Below are positions 18,540-27,771 of a stretch of 63,546 bases of DNA, piece after piece. Source of the DNA: a virus. Taxonomy: Duplodnaviria > Caudoviricetes. Within the stretch, counting starts at the first letter, position 1. Each line of letters starts with the position of its first letter. Location of the stretch: the IMG/VR virus record IMGVR_UViG_3300020122_000568, positions 1 to 63,546 of that record; one strand, 5' to 3'. The position numbers and the translations under genes are program-made. The notes beneath the pieces were generated by a model. That model was not told where the DNA came from, did no database searches, and worked only from the letters and a program-made list of their open reading frames with translations.

Positions 18540-19466
18540 CTATTGCTCCGCCGGGAAGGAGGCCATATCGAGGCTGAAGCTCGCCGTCGAGTTGGAGGCG
18601 AGGTTGGCGCAGCTTACGTTTCCCGAGGAGTCGATCTGCACGACCGAGAAAACGCCGTTGCTGTACGAAGGCAGAAATTTCGTATTCAAAGGCCTATATC
18701 CCGCCGGGAACGTGAACACCGTCGCTGTAATCGATGAGCCATTGTGCACAAGCCCACGAATGTGCACCCAACCGATTGCGTCTTTGTAGTAGCCGACGTT
18801 GTCATAGGGCGCTCCTAGGTTGGTCCAGCTGTTGAGCAGCGTCGGTGCCGTCCATGAAATCGTCGGCGGCACCGCGCTCGTCGCTGTCGTCGTGTAGAAG
18901 CTCGACGAATTGCTCGTCGCGACGGTGAAAATGTTCGTACCGTTGCTGTAGCCGTACCACCAGCCGTGCGAGCCGTTGACGACGACCTTGCTGGCGACGC
19001 CGTCGACGTTGCCGCTCGAGCCGGCGATAGTGATCGTGTTCGTCGCTGAGGCCGAGCCTGATTCGTCGGTGATCGCCAAGTAGAACGGCACCGACGCAGT
19101 TCCCGCCGAGACCGTGAACGTGACAGTGCGCGCGGCCGTGATCGACGTATACGCAACCACCGTGTCCGTCGTGGCCGTCGTATAGTTCGCGTCGGCGACG
19201 GCGTGACGGCTCTGCGCGACGCCGCTTCCACCGCCGGCACCGATGGCAATATCAGAACCGTCGCTCTTGCGAAAGTTGGGCTGGTTGCCGTTGCACCAGT
19301 AGCCGGTGTCGCCGCTCTTGATCGGTGGCGACGTATTCGAGTAGCACTTGAACGCGCCGGCCGAGACCGTCGGCCCGGTGGCGGCGGCCTGCAGCGCGAA
19401 CGACAACGCGGCCACGACGACCAGCGCGAACACGCCAAATCGTTCGCGTCGGGAAAGGTTTCGCAT
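18540..19466 (-). CDS. Tail-fibre-like protein with N-terminal signal peptide
   Basis: Signal-like N-terminus; C-term YYKDAIGWVHIRGLV..VFTFPAGYRP fibre-type domain. Confidence 0.65.
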   Translation of the reverse strand: MRNLSRRERFGVFALVVVAALSFALQAAATGPTVSAGAFKCYSNTSPPIKSGDTGYWCNGNQPNFRKSDGSDIAIGAGGGSGVAQSRHAVADANYTTATTDTVVAYTSITAARTVTFTVSAGTASVPFYLAITDESGSASATNTITIAGSSGNVDGVASKVVVNGSHGWWYGYSNGTNIFTVATSNSSSFYTTTATSAVPPTISWTAPTLLNSWTNLGAPYDNVGYYKDAIGWVHIRGLVHNGSSITATVFTFPAGYRPLNTKFLPSYSNGVFSVVQIDSSGNVSCANLASNSTASFSLDMASFPAEQ

Positions 19467-19530
19467 GGTTATCCTGTGGGGTGGAAACTTTCAGGAGAAA
19501 TCGGCGATAACTACAGGTGTGGAGGCGTGG

Positions 19531-19722
19531 ATGCGGAGCTTGATTCTGGTGGCGGTGGCGGCGGCGCCCATGGTGCTCGGATGCACGGGATCGGATGGGA
19601 TCCCGATCGAACCCAAAGTGGACACATCATCGCAGGTATGCATTGCCGTAGCTTCCGCCGACGGCGGAACCTCATACATGCTCGGCGATATGATGTTTTC
19701 CGAACCCTCCTGCGCTCGCTAA
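19531..19722 (+). CDS. Small lipoprotein, antisense to the late operon
   Basis: RBS GGAGG; MVLGC lipobox. Confidence 0.55.
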   Translation: MRSLILVAVAAAPMVLGCTGSDGIPIEPKVDTSSQVCIAVASADGGTSYMLGDMMFSEPSCAR

Positions 19723-20979
19723 TCACATTCCGGTGACGAACTGATCGGTCCCGAAGATGCTGACCATGATCAGGTCTCCGCTTGCTCCGTTGGTCGGCCC
19801 GGTTCCTCGCTTGCAAACGCGTAGCGTCCCGTCGGTGTGGAAGTTCAGAGCGAGCCCGTTGCCACCGCTGATGTAATCGAAGAAGTACAAATCTGTGGGC
19901 AACGCGCCAGGCCCTGTACCGGTGAAGAACCCCTTCGTCTGCAATGCCGGCGTCGCACTTCCTGGCGCGTCGAGGTGGATCGGGGTCGTAATGGATTCGA
20001 CGGCGCCCAAGGTCGTCGCATTTCCGAGAAATGCGAGCGTCACGACCACGAACCGATGCCGCCAGTCGATCGAATTGTCGAGCAGAGAACCGGGGCCAGT
20101 CGATTGATCGGCGGTGGTGGTCAGCAGTTTGAAGTGACCGAAGTATGAAACGTATGACCCCCAGCGCTCCGACGGTAGAGAACCAGCAGTCTTCTCCGAA
20201 ATCGCTCCCGAGTAGAACGACATCGGTCGAAGCCCATGCATGCGGTGCTGCTGCAGCCATCCACCGTTCCACGCTGGCGTAATCGCTGACTGCGCGATGG
20301 CCGTCCCCGACGTGTAGCCGTTCGCGACGGTGATATAGGCGAGCGCGAAGTTGAAGCTGGTCGCCGTGTCGGCGGGAAGCGCGGCGTTGATCTGCGCGGT
20401 GGTCGGAGGCGTCGCGCCCGTGAGGAAGCCTTGGTTGACGGCCAACTGAACTTGCGGGACGTCGTAAAGGTTCACCGACTGCGTGCTGATGCTGCCGTCG
20501 ACGACGCTCTTGATCTTCCGGCTCTGCGTGGAACTGGTGCCGGTGCTTGCCTGCCCGATCCCGGTATAGGCGGCGCCACCCGGCGGAGAAGCGATCGTAG
20601 CCGCGACCTGGCGATTGACGGTCGCATAGATGAGGTCGTAACGGTTCTGGCCGCTCGAATTCGAGGCGATGTTGGCCGGAATGTCGTCAGAGGCATCGAG
20701 CTTCGCAGCGTAGGTGATGGCCGTCGCCAGCGACGATGATGCGAGAAAGTATGCTGGCTGGCACGTGACCTTGCCGTTGCTTGCGCTCGGAATGAGAAGC
20801 AGGCGCGGGTTGACGCTCGCCGTCTCCTCGAGGATCGGCATCACCTTCTTGAGCACCTGCCCCGGCGTGAGCAAGACTTCGAGGGCGCGATCGTCAGCGT
20901 ACGCCGCAATGTCGCAATTGCGCTGGAGTTCGGGCGTCGTAAGCGACTGCCCGTCATTCCAGATCGATCGAATGAGCAT
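19723..20979 (-). CDS. Tail fibre / baseplate-attached protein
   Basis: NRYDLIYATV..FALAYITVANG..I pattern typical of fibre N-termini; position. Confidence 0.65.
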   Translation of the reverse strand: MLIRSIWNDGQSLTTPELQRNCDIAAYADDRALEVLLTPGQVLKKVMPILEETASVNPRLLLIPSASNGKVTCQPAYFLASSSLATAITYAAKLDASDDIPANIASNSSGQNRYDLIYATVNRQVAATIASPPGGAAYTGIGQASTGTSSTQSRKIKSVVDGSISTQSVNLYDVPQVQLAVNQGFLTGATPPTTAQINAALPADTATSFNFALAYITVANGYTSGTAIAQSAITPAWNGGWLQQHRMHGLRPMSFYSGAISEKTAGSLPSERWGSYVSYFGHFKLLTTTADQSTGPGSLLDNSIDWRHRFVVVTLAFLGNATTLGAVESITTPIHLDAPGSATPALQTKGFFTGTGPGALPTDLYFFDYISGGNGLALNFHTDGTLRVCKRGTGPTNGASGDLIMVSIFGTDQFVTGM

Positions 20980-20990
20980 TTGGAAGGCTC

Positions 20991-22025
20991 CTAGACCGCT
21001 CCGTTGAGCAGCGGATCGACGAACGCAAACCACGACACGCCGCCCGCCTTGCGCTGTTCCACTTCGTTGCGAATCTGTTCCATGAGGGTGTTTCCGACGG
21101 GCCCGCAGAATCCCGGGGACCACGTGGGCACGACGCCGTGCGACGGCTGCGTCCCGTACGTCGGATCGGTCGGGTCGTTGTTGCTGTGCGTGACCACCGG
21201 ATCGCTCGTAGTCGCGGGAGCGCAATAGTCAGTCACCGCCGCCACCGTGTTGCAGAACGGCATTTGCGAATCGTCGTTGCTGTCGCTCTGCAGAACTATG
21301 AAGAAGATCGCTCCCACCGCAGGCACGGTGTACACAGGCGGGTTGCTTGCCTTGTCCGGGTAGTTGGCGAGCAAGCGACGAGACCTGCTTGCCACCACGG
21401 TTTGGTTTGTCGTGGATGCTCCAAGTTGCGGTTGCGTCCACGTCTGCCACGGAGGGAGCACGCCGTGTTGCGGCTGCGTGCCGTAGGTGCTGCTGGACGA
21501 GTCGTTGTTGCTGTTCTTGACGACAGCATCGCTCGTGGTCGCCGGGCCGCAGAACGCCGCGTCTACGGTCTCGAAGAACACTGGTGCCAGCTGCGTGTAC
21601 TGCTGCGCGATCGCGATCACCGCCGGCTTGATCGCATTCGGCGTCACGACATCGACCGGGGCCAGCAGTCGAGCTCGATACGTCGGATCGTCCTCGGCCG
21701 CCAGGCGCGCTTTCTTGAAGATGTCGCCCCAGACGTCGAGCCACGACGTATCCGCGAACCGTGGCGACTGCTGCGCCTCGAGCACGAACGAGGCGCGCGC
21801 CCACATGGCGTTCGCCATCTCGCCCCAGGTCTGCAGGAGCGTGTCGCGAATCGCCGATGAGCCGCCGCGGAAGGCACCGGGAAGCAGCGACAGCAGGTCC
21901 GCCAGCGTCGACGTCGTGACGGTCGATCCAGCGGCGAGCGACACCGTCGGGTTGGTCTTGTCGATGACGATGTTGCCGTCGTCGGACGCCGGCAGGACGA
22001 TCGAGTCGTCGGGCGGGAGAATCAC
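20991..22025 (-). CDS. Baseplate wedge subunit (gpI-like)
   Basis: WLDVWGDIF..RLAAEDDPTYRARLL; KAGGV C-terminus. Confidence 0.7.
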   Translation of the reverse strand: MILPPDDSIVLPASDDGNIVIDKTNPTVSLAAGSTVTTSTLADLLSLLPGAFRGGSSAIRDTLLQTWGEMANAMWARASFVLEAQQSPRFADTSWLDVWGDIFKKARLAAEDDPTYRARLLAPVDVVTPNAIKPAVIAIAQQYTQLAPVFFETVDAAFCGPATTSDAVVKNSNNDSSSSTYGTQPQHGVLPPWQTWTQPQLGASTTNQTVVASRSRRLLANYPDKASNPPVYTVPAVGAIFFIVLQSDSNDDSQMPFCNTVAAVTDYCAPATTSDPVVTHSNNDPTDPTYGTQPSHGVVPTWSPGFCGPVGNTLMEQIRNEVEQRKAGGVSWFAFVDPLLNGAV

Positions 22026-22543
22026 TGCGGCACCGACGGAATCGTGATGAAGGCGTTTCCCGAGCTATCTGCGAAGCCGTGCGTCTGCTCGCCGGTGGCC
22101 GCGAGGCGCAGCTTGCCGGTGCCGGTGTCGATCGTGAGGCGCCCGGAGGCCGCGGCGAGACCGGTGATCGTCGGCGCCAGCGCTCCCCAGAAGCACACGC
22201 GCGCGACGGCGTTGGCACTGGCGCCGTCGATGGCGATGCCGAACAGGATGGTCACGTCCTGCGTGAATCCACCGGTGGCGAGCTTGCGCCAAGGAAATTT
22301 GCCGATGCCGAGCGCCTGCGTGGTGTCGAAGACGATGGCGTCGCCGACGTTGCACCCTGTGAAGATGGGGACGCGCATGATCTTGGCGCCCGACCACTGG
22401 TCATCGATGCCTTGCTGCTGGATGGCGCGAATCTGGTCGTCGATGTACGCGCGCGTCGGCGCGCCGGCGCGATTCGCCGGCTGTCCGCCAAAGGCTGGAT
22501 CGACGACGCCGGTACGGAAGAGGGTCGACGGATATCCGGCCAT
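22022..22543 (-). CDS. Structural protein
   Basis: Position in baseplate module. Confidence 0.6.
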   Translation of the reverse strand: MAGYPSTLFRTGVVDPAFGGQPANRAGAPTRAYIDDQIRAIQQQGIDDQWSGAKIMRVPIFTGCNVGDAIVFDTTQALGIGKFPWRKLATGGFTQDVTILFGIAIDGASANAVARVCFWGALAPTITGLAAASGRLTIDTGTGKLRLAATGEQTHGFADSSGNAFITIPSVPQ

Positions 22544-22552
22544 GGATTCTCG

Positions 22553-23782
22553 CTATTGGGTGAGCGGCCCGGCGACCGACAAGAAGATCGACGAGGAATT
22601 GACGATGTAACGCGGGATCGTCGTCACACCGCTGTAGTTGCTGATGCCGCCGCTGATGCCGAGCCGGCGCACGTCCGCAGTGGGCGAGGTCAAGATCGCC
22701 GTCTGCACCTCGGGGTGCGCTTGCTCGCACGAGCCGATGATCTGGTTGAGGAAGTATTCGTCCGCCTGCTGGCGATTGGTGAAGTAGGAGATGATATTGG
22801 CGACGGCCTGGGCGGTGATGGCCGCGGTGTTGTAGTTCACGAGGGGCCGCTGCATGTAGATGGTCCCAGTGATCGTGACGACGGTGATCGCATACGGCAA
22901 CACGAACACCGGAACACCGAAGGCGCGCCAGTTCTCGAGCGCGGAGGCGACGGCCGTTTGCAATGCCGGCGGCAGGTTGTAGTTGACGTCTCCGCAGAAG
23001 AGCTTGACCGTGCCGTCGCCGGGCTCGATCGGAACGATGCTGGTAGCCAGCACGCCCGGGACCTGCGCCGCGCCGACGATGAGCGCGCGCTTGGTGCCGC
23101 GCTTCTTCGAGTCGTCGAACGCCGCTTGCTTGAGCCGCGCGCGCAGTTGGTCGTTGGTCTCCTGGTCAGCACCGCCGCCAATCGGAGGCGGCGCGGCGAG
23201 AGCGCCGAGCACTGAATCGCCCGCAGTCGGCGTGTAGAGCGCCCACGTGGTGTCGCCAAGCGTGTCTTGAATCGTGGTGATCGGATTCTGCCCAGCCGCC
23301 GTGAAGGCGAGGTTGCCGATCACGCCCGCTTGCGTGCATGCCACAGGCACCGCGACCTTGAGCGTGTTCTGCGCGACCGAAACGTCCTGCGTGGCGGTGA
23401 AGTTGACGGCCGCGGTCGAGGGCGGAACCGCCGGCGCAACGAATCGAGTGCCGTTCGGAATCACCGTGGCGGCCGTGCCGCTGCGCTGCAGGTAGACCGT
23501 CGTGGTGGCTGCTGCGGCAGGGAGGCGTCCGTCGTTGAAGAGGTCGGCGGCGATGATGTCGAGGTCGTCGTCGACGGCTGAGACGAGCGAACGGGCGGCG
23601 ACGCGATCGGCGATGTGAGCGGTGTTGCGCGCAGCGAGCGCGGCGAAGGCCGAGAGCGCAAGATCCCAGCGAGAGCCAGGATGGAGGTTGACGGCTCCCG
23701 TGCCCTGGGGGTCTTGAAGCGAACGGATCTTCGCCTGACCGATCTGAACGAGCTCGGTCGGGGTCGGCAGTTCGTTGGCCAT
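22553..23782 (-). CDS. Baseplate J-like protein
   Basis: DLDIIA..RLPAAAAT..IPNGT..GGADQETNDQLRAR. Confidence 0.9.
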   Translation of the reverse strand: MANELPTPTELVQIGQAKIRSLQDPQGTGAVNLHPGSRWDLALSAFAALAARNTAHIADRVAARSLVSAVDDDLDIIAADLFNDGRLPAAAATTTVYLQRSGTAATVIPNGTRFVAPAVPPSTAAVNFTATQDVSVAQNTLKVAVPVACTQAGVIGNLAFTAAGQNPITTIQDTLGDTTWALYTPTAGDSVLGALAAPPPIGGGADQETNDQLRARLKQAAFDDSKKRGTKRALIVGAAQVPGVLATSIVPIEPGDGTVKLFCGDVNYNLPPALQTAVASALENWRAFGVPVFVLPYAITVVTITGTIYMQRPLVNYNTAAITAQAVANIISYFTNRQQADEYFLNQIIGSCEQAHPEVQTAILTSPTADVRRLGISGGISNYSGVTTIPRYIVNSSSIFLSVAGPLTQ

Positions 23783-23785
23783 CGT

Positions 23786-24472
23786 CTACGTCGCCCCGCC
23801 GGGCACTTTCACAGCTACGGTGTCGTCCACCGCCACGAGTTGCACCGTCGCGCGGCTCTGCACTTGCCCGCTTCCGTCGGCGATGGTCTGAAGGCTGATT
23901 CCGTTCTGCCGCACGCGACCGTCCTCGGCCCACACGCGCTTGAGCTTGGCGGTCATGCTGGAAATCTCCGTTGCGGTGCCGGGGCCGTTGACTCGCAGCT
24001 TCATGCCCGCGCCTGCGAGCGGCCGGTGGAAGATCTCGCCGGGGGCGACGAGCGCCATCGCGACGAGGTCATTGATCACGCACTGCTTGCCGCGGACCTG
24101 CGGAATGTCGCCGTCGGCGGTGAGCGTGTCGGAGAACCAATCCATGTCGACGCCGAACGCTTCCGCCTCTGGGTCCTCGCCGGGGGTGTTCGGCTGAATC
24201 AGGATCAGCGGGGTGCGATAGCCAACGAGGCCCGTGGGCGCGCCCGGGGCGTTGGGCATCGTGACCTGATAGGCGATGCCGTCCTGAAGCGGACCCGACA
24301 GAGCGAGTTCGACCGTCGTGACGCCGGTCAGGAACGCGAAGTTGACGACGGGGACGTTCGGACCATTGTCCGGCCGCGAGAGCACGTAATCGCCCGGCGT
24401 CGTCGACGGGACGCTGTCCGTCGTAACCGAGATGCGCGTCGGTTGCGGCGATACGAGAGATAGGATTTGCAT
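23786..24472 (-). CDS. Baseplate gp25-like sheath initiator with N-terminal extension
   Basis: DGDI..V.G..PGEIFHRP..G..EDGRV. Confidence 0.65.
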   Translation of the reverse strand: MQILSLVSPQPTRISVTTDSVPSTTPGDYVLSRPDNGPNVPVVNFAFLTGVTTVELALSGPLQDGIAYQVTMPNAPGAPTGLVGYRTPLILIQPNTPGEDPEAEAFGVDMDWFSDTLTADGDIPQVRGKQCVINDLVAMALVAPGEIFHRPLAGAGMKLRVNGPGTATEISSMTAKLKRVWAEDGRVRQNGISLQTIADGSGQVQSRATVQLVAVDDTVAVKVPGGAT

Positions 24473-24475
24473 GGG

Positions 24476-25564
24476 CTACGCTGCTTCGGGCACGCGGACG
24501 TACTTGCCGACGACGAGGTCATCCTGACGAATGCCGAGATCGAGCGCGCGCGACCGCGATCCGAGCTGCTGCAGCGCAATCGACTCCAAGGTGTCGCCCG
24601 GCTGCACGCGATAGAGGCGCGTCGCCTGCCGCACCTGGGCCAGCGTCAGCGCGCGGATCTTGCGCATGTTGTCGAGGATTTGATCGAGCAGCACTTCCGA
24701 CGCGTAGAGCGACGACCACCACGCCGTCTGATTCGTGGCGTTGTTGACGACCATCGTTGCGTCGGCGCGCGACTGGTCGAGCACGGCCTTCAGGTTTGCG
24801 ACGTTTTGCTGCGCCGCCTGGCAGGCCGACTGCACGTTGCGCATCGCCGTCAGCGCGTGCTGCGGCGTCGACAGCGTGGCCGCGCCGAACTTGGCGGCGT
24901 AGACGGTGACATTGTCGAGCGAGCTTGTGAGGCTTCCCCACGCACTTGCGATCGTGGCGCTGACCGCGGCAGTGATGGCCAGCGCGAGCATTTGCGCCTG
25001 CTGCGCGCGCGCGTTGGCGGCCATCTGCGCGGCGATGTCGTCGGGGGCGGCCGGCTTCGACGAGATATCCGTCTGCTCTTGCGACTTCGCCACCGACGGC
25101 GGAACCGCGATGAAGAACGTCAACTCGTAGGCGATGTTCGACGAGTCCTCCTCGCTGAACTTCGCTTCCTGCAGGAGTCCGTAGCGCTCGTCGCCTTCCC
25201 ACGTGATGCGCACCGGGTTGGCGCGGTGGCGAATCTGCTCGAGGCCGTCGCGCATCGATCGTGCGTGGCCAACGGTGCCGCCCTTGCCGTCGGGCTTGCC
25301 GCCTTTGGCCTGCTGGTCCATGTGATCGCGGAAGGCGCCCTTGAGCACGAGCGGGCGCTGCTTGATCGCCATGACCTGCACGACCGGGCGCGTGTTGCCG
25401 GGAAGGTAGATGCCACCGTCGGCGATGTCGACGGCGCCGCCGGACTCGAATGCGGCGAGTTCGCGCTTGCGACCCCACGGGAGATCGTCGCCCTTCAGTT
25501 CAACGACGAGGCCTCCCTGCACGTCCTCGGCGATGAGGACGGAGGTCGGGTTCAGACTCGCCAT
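24476..25564 (-). CDS. LysM-domain tail tube initiator
   Basis: YRVQPGDTLESIALQQLG LysM at C-terminus. Confidence 0.8.
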   Translation of the reverse strand: MASLNPTSVLIAEDVQGGLVVELKGDDLPWGRKRELAAFESGGAVDIADGGIYLPGNTRPVVQVMAIKQRPLVLKGAFRDHMDQQAKGGKPDGKGGTVGHARSMRDGLEQIRHRANPVRITWEGDERYGLLQEAKFSEEDSSNIAYELTFFIAVPPSVAKSQEQTDISSKPAAPDDIAAQMAANARAQQAQMLALAITAAVSATIASAWGSLTSSLDNVTVYAAKFGAATLSTPQHALTAMRNVQSACQAAQQNVANLKAVLDQSRADATMVVNNATNQTAWWSSLYASEVLLDQILDNMRKIRALTLAQVRQATRLYRVQPGDTLESIALQQLGSRSRALDLGIRQDDLVVGKYVRVPEAA

Positions 25565-25567
25565 GGG

Positions 25568-26308
25568 CTACCCGTTCTTGATGATCTGCGAGTTGAACGT
25601 CCCGCCGTTGAGGAGGCCAATCAGCGTTCCGCAGGCTGTCGCGGCGGTGGTTTGAGCTGGCGCGAGGATTCCCGTCGGCACCACCAGTGCATTGATCATC
25701 GTCTGCATCGCAGTGACCCACGTCGTGAGCGAAGTCTGGAACGTGTCCCACAGCGGCCCGGGGTGAGCGCTGCCGCCAAGTTGGATCGTCTGCCCCGTGG
25801 TGGGTGTCAGCACGATTCCGCCCTGCTTCGTCAGAGTGATCGTCGCGACGGTGCCGCCGGTGTTCGACTTGATGAGCACCTGATCGCCGGTGGATTCGAG
25901 GTGTAGGGCTTCAGGCGCCGAGATGCCGCAGTTGCTGCCGTCGAGCCACGAGGGAACCTGCGGCGCATTCGGGCCGCCGTCGCCGAACAGAATGAGCGCG
26001 ACGCCGGGGCCATCGGCGTCAGCTGGGCGCAGGACGGTGACGCTCTCGCCGCCCTTGGGCAGCCGCCACATGATGTCGAGCGGCACGAACAGGCGGCCCT
26101 TGATCGGGCGTCCGCCGTCGGTGTTGACCGCGTCGACCTTCGATTCGCGGCAATGGACATGGACGTCGCTTTTGTCGCTGGCGATCTCGTAGTTGCTGCC
26201 GCCGTCGATGTTGGAGATGAACCCGGCGATGACCTCGCCGAGATCTCCCACCGCATGCAGCATGCGCATGGTGGCGCCGGCGAGCACGTTGCGAAGGTCG
26301 TGGCGCAT
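25568..26308 (-). CDS. Baseplate spike (gpV-like)
   Basis: WRLPKGGESVTV OB-fold motif, beta-rich C-terminus. Confidence 0.65.
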   Translation of the reverse strand: MRHDLRNVLAGATMRMLHAVGDLGEVIAGFISNIDGGSNYEIASDKSDVHVHCRESKVDAVNTDGGRPIKGRLFVPLDIMWRLPKGGESVTVLRPADADGPGVALILFGDGGPNAPQVPSWLDGSNCGISAPEALHLESTGDQVLIKSNTGGTVATITLTKQGGIVLTPTTGQTIQLGGSAHPGPLWDTFQTSLTTWVTAMQTMINALVVPTGILAPAQTTAATACGTLIGLLNGGTFNSQIIKNG

Positions 26309-27756
26309 CAGAGATCGATCAGGTTGATGAATTGGACGTGCGTCGACGCGCGATCCATCGACCAAGAGTGATGGATGGTGTGCGCGTAGAACAGGCTCGA
26401 TTCGCGGTTCTTGATGGCGTTGAAGAGCGCGCGCGCCGTCTGCTCGTCCATCTGCATGCGCTCCTTGAGCAGTTTCACTGCCGCTTCGGTGTTCTTGGTG
26501 TTGCGCAGTTCGGCTTCGAGGCGCGGCGTGACCTTGACGGTGATGCGCGAGCCGTTGCGGAGCTTGAACAGGTCGTCATCCCAGACCGGCGTCTCAAGGT
26601 GGCAGTCGAGCTCTTGCCGCGAGCGCTCGCGATAGATGCGCTCGGCGATGGACTGAAGAGCGTCTTTCGTGTGCACGCCATCTGGGATCGAGAAGACATC
26701 GCGCGGTGGCGGATTTACCTGGTTCGTCTTACGCGGATGGCTCTGCTTCGTGCTGCCGAGCTTCGGGCGCTTGCGACTCAGGAGCAGCGCATCCGACGGG
26801 AAATCTGCATACTGCGCCCGCCGCGTCGTCGGGTCGTAGCTGATGACGCGAACGCCCTTTCGGTTGCGCAGGAACTTCTTGGAGTAGCTGACGCGCAGGA
26901 GGTTCGAGCCTTCCTCACCGAACACGAACGTGTAGGCCGAGTCGGTCTGCCCGAGTGCGGTGTTGACCGCGGCAGCGGCTGCTGTGCCGGCGGCGGTGAG
27001 GCCGAATGCGGGCGTCGGCGGCGCGTAGCCTGCGCCCGATCCGAGGAGGATGCCCTTGTCGTTGCCGAAGGCGTCGGTGGGCTTGCGCAGGACGATCTTG
27101 CCGAGGTCAACGCTCACCAGCACGTTGAGCAGCCCGCACGCGTGCTCGATCGCCTCCCACGCAGTGACCTCGCGCTTGAGTGGGACGTACCCACTCTGAT
27201 GCCGCGCCGCCACCGAGGTCGCCAGCGTGCGCGTCAGAAGGCCGGCGCCGTTGTCGGTGATGTCGACTTCAGTGGCGTCGATGCCGAGGCCTTGGACGAT
27301 GCGGTTGATGGCCTGCTGGATCGTGTCGCTGTACTTCGGTGTCAGTGAGATCGGCAGCGGCTTGATATCGCGCAGCACCGACGACAAGTCGCGCGCCTTA
27401 AGCCGCACGCACAGCCCCTTGTTCGTGAACTCCTCGTCGAGCGAGTCGACGTAGCCGACGAAGCGAAGATACTGGACCTTGCGCACGTCGTCGTCGACCT
27501 TGCGCACGGCGCCCATGAACAGTTGGATCGCGATGCCGTGAATCGAGCGCGGGTCGAACGTCAGCGCGGAGGTCTCGATCGTGACCTCGCACGTCGAGGC
27601 TTCATGGTGCGGAGGAAGCGTCCATTCGGCCGACGTGGGCGTGAAGCCGCTCTCGAAGTCGTCGCCGTTGGGGCGGACGATCTTGAGCACCACGAACGCG
27701 CGCGGGTAATAGACGAGCGGCGCGGCGATGCCGCTCGGCGTGGACGGTCCCGGCAT
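26308..27756 (-). CDS. Baseplate hub (gpD/gp44-like)
   Basis: FVGYVD..LKARDLSSVL; follows tape measure. Confidence 0.7.
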   Translation of the reverse strand: MPGPSTPSGIAAPLVYYPRAFVVLKIVRPNGDDFESGFTPTSAEWTLPPHHEASTCEVTIETSALTFDPRSIHGIAIQLFMGAVRKVDDDVRKVQYLRFVGYVDSLDEEFTNKGLCVRLKARDLSSVLRDIKPLPISLTPKYSDTIQQAINRIVQGLGIDATEVDITDNGAGLLTRTLATSVAARHQSGYVPLKREVTAWEAIEHACGLLNVLVSVDLGKIVLRKPTDAFGNDKGILLGSGAGYAPPTPAFGLTAAGTAAAAAVNTALGQTDSAYTFVFGEEGSNLLRVSYSKKFLRNRKGVRVISYDPTTRRAQYADFPSDALLLSRKRPKLGSTKQSHPRKTNQVNPPPRDVFSIPDGVHTKDALQSIAERIYRERSRQELDCHLETPVWDDDLFKLRNGSRITVKVTPRLEAELRNTKNTEAAVKLLKERMQMDEQTARALFNAIKNRESSLFYAHTIHHSWSMDRASTHVQFINLIDL

Positions 27757-27771
27757 GTGGTGTGACCGCTA

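Noticed and set aside
21121-21557. Diversity-generating retroelement TR/VR pair
   Set aside because: No reverse transcriptase in the genome; both copies are in-frame and differences are not adenine-specific
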